DNA of 64,000 nt from assembly GCA_964187785.1 (NCBI GenBank), contig OZ076409.1, positions 77,750,001-77,814,000 on the forward strand, written 5' to 3'. The translations under genes and the position numbers were made by a program. Below are positions 61,984-64,000 of the stretch, one piece after another. Every line of letters starts with the position of its first letter. Within the stretch, counting starts at the first letter, position 1. This DNA is from Amphiscolops sp. MND2022 (Eukaryota). A model generated the notes under the pieces. That model saw only the letters and a list, made by a program, of their open reading frames with translations. It searched no databases and had not been told where the DNA came from.

Positions 61984-64000
61984 GTGATGAAAAGCAAGGA
62001 AACCTGCAACGCTCATAAGTGTCCGAATCCCTCAGGGTTGATAGACTGGGTAAACTGTAGGCTTTGCACCGGATGTGTTCTTATAAAATGCGCCAATAAA
62101 TCAAAAACGGAGGCCGGGAGCCTTGTCGAACTTAAAAGTTGTAGGTGCTCTTTAGTGAACACCATCCCTCAGTCTCACGATGATAGCTTTAGACCAGACA
62201 CCCTTTTTAATTCAAACGTTGTTCACTTGAAAAATTCTCAAAAATTCACTGATCCCCCTAGCTGAAAACTTGATACCGAACATTAATGATATTGGTGAAA
62301 CCCCGTCAAACAATGCCCTGAGGTGCCTATTGCTCTCCTCTCTATGTTGTTTGTTGCAAAAACTGCCTCAAGTCATCACTCAGTGCAATTGTCAACAAAC
62401 GTATTCGGGATGGTGTCATTGAGAAAAAAAACCGAAACGCGACAGAAAATCGCAGCAGAAATGCGACTTAGGTTGACGACTGCGTTCCATTTGCACTAAA
62501 TTAGACAAAGATATTGCTAAGGCCGGAATCAGAATCGCAGTAGGCGACGACAAAATTGCAGATCTCACAGTCAACAACTCTGCAGCCCTAAAGCTGAAAC
62601 ATCCGCAAAGGGAAACTTGCTCTGTTCCGGACCCCACAGATACCAATTGTTTTGCTATCTCGGAGTTTTTTTTATCTTCAAGGCTCCCTTGGCGAACGGC
62701 TCTAGTGCAGGGTTGAATGGCATTTCGCCCAAGTTTTGAGAAGTTTGTCTGCCAAATCGAACGGGCAAACTGGACTGATTTTTCCCAGAGCCTTAACAAA
62801 TTTTTTGAATGTGATTCTCGAAGGAAAAGTACCGTTCGAACTTCTGCCGTACTTCGTTGGTGCGAAACTAATTGCGCTAGAAAAGACCAAAGGAGGACTT
62901 TGTCCTATTGCTGTAGGCAATACGTTCCGCTAGTTATGCGTAAAAAATGCCGGATACCATCTCTTCGAATCACGTCAAGCACAATACGGAAGTCGACAAG
63001 TAGTTGTAGGCACCAAAAGGGGCGCTGAATTGGCCTCACATGTTATCCGTTGTTTGATAGAAGGCCCCCAATTCAAAAACATCGTAGTTTTGAAAATTGA
63101 CTTTGAAAACGCTTTCAATTTGATAAACCGACAATCCATGCTAAAGAAAACTTTTGAAATACACCCTGAAGTTTATAAGAACTCACACTCGGCGTACAGT
63201 CAGCCAAGTTTTCTTTTTTACGGTGATTCAGTAATCAAATTTTGTGAAGGGACTCAGCAAGGAGATCCTGAGTCTCCAGCGTTTTTTTCGGATTCCGTTC
63301 AGGGTCTGATTGACAGTTTGGAGTGGGAAAAAACTTATGGAACCTTGACGATGGAAATTTAAGTGATGATTACAGGACCGTTTTGAAAGATCTCGAAAAA
63401 AAATTGTTGAAGCGGAAAAAACGCTGGGACTCAACAGTAAACTCTCCAAATGCGAAATTTTTTCCCTGGTGACATCACTGAAAAACGCCGATGGACAATT
63501 TTAGCATCTTTCCAAAAATTTTGCCCCGGGATCAAAACACAAAAGAAAGATGAACTTATCAGTCTTGGTTCACCGCTCGGCCTGAAATCTTAAGCAGACT
63601 TTTGGAAATCAATTATTGAACTGGTAAAAGTTAATGGAATTGTTGAAAAACTAGATGCGCACTACGGTTCTTTGATGTTGAAAAGATGCTTCAGTCTGCC
63701 AAAGTTGTATTTCCTGAGAACCAGTACATGTTTTAATCGTCCAGCTCGCTTGGAAAGGTATGACAAAACCGTATGCAATGGGCTTCCCAAAATGTGTAAC
63801 GTCAACTTCGACAATATTTCGAGTACTCAGCTAGCTCTGCCCGCTGAAATTGGTGATTTTGAGGTCTCAACTGCATCAATATTAGCACTTCATGCCTTTT
63901 GGTCTCAGCCTTCGGTGCGAGTGACTGTCTTACGACGATTTTCTCGGAAATATTCGATAATATTTTGTTTACAAAAGCGCTTGAGAAATGGTTGAGTTTG
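61984..64000 (+). mobile_element. Decayed CRE-clade-like non-LTR retrotransposon (PHD-like finger plus RT), runs off the window end
   Basis: GAKLIALEKTKGGLCPIAVGNTFR; VVLKIDFENAFNLINR; GTQQGDPESPAFF; LWNLDDG (YLDD position); LGSPLG; QLALPAEIG. Multiple frameshifts. Confidence 0.88.

Noticed and set aside
1..64000. Autonomous mobiliser (Helitron Rep/Hel, Crypton YR, Fanzor/TnpB, Maverick core genes)
   Set aside because: No ORF in the track shows HUH, helicase, tyrosine-recombinase, RuvC, pPolB or capsid motifs that I can recognise.

Overview
AT-rich animal (invertebrate-type) genomic DNA, almost entirely transposon-derived; nothing prokaryotic (no operons, rRNA or CRISPR/cas). There are three zones. 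(1) 1-22.1 kb and 51.6-57.7 kb are a patchwork of short non-autonomous repeat modules (MITE-like and hairpin-ended) reused in different order and orientation. They share a core motif A(G)[C/A]AACGC[G/A]ATGTGA, show fold-back junctions and a 2.27-kb tandem duplication, and carry small RING-like and F-box-like ORFs. (2) 23-48.5 kb holds decayed LTR retrotransposons (two Ty3/Gypsy, one Ty1/Copia), with an apparently exact 6,465-bp tandem duplication. (3) 58-64 kb holds the one clear host gene, two exons of a divergent TRPA1-like channel (S1-S6 plus C-terminus, minus strand), then a decayed Tc1 (DD34E) and a CRE-clade non-LTR retrotransposon with an N-terminal PHD-like finger. The best candidates for something new are the TRPA-like gene (possibly ankyrin-less, altered filter), the motif-linked shuffled repeat system with ubiquitin-ligase-like micro-ORFs, and an orphan ORF at 31.9 kb. 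All calls are by eye; no database search was run.
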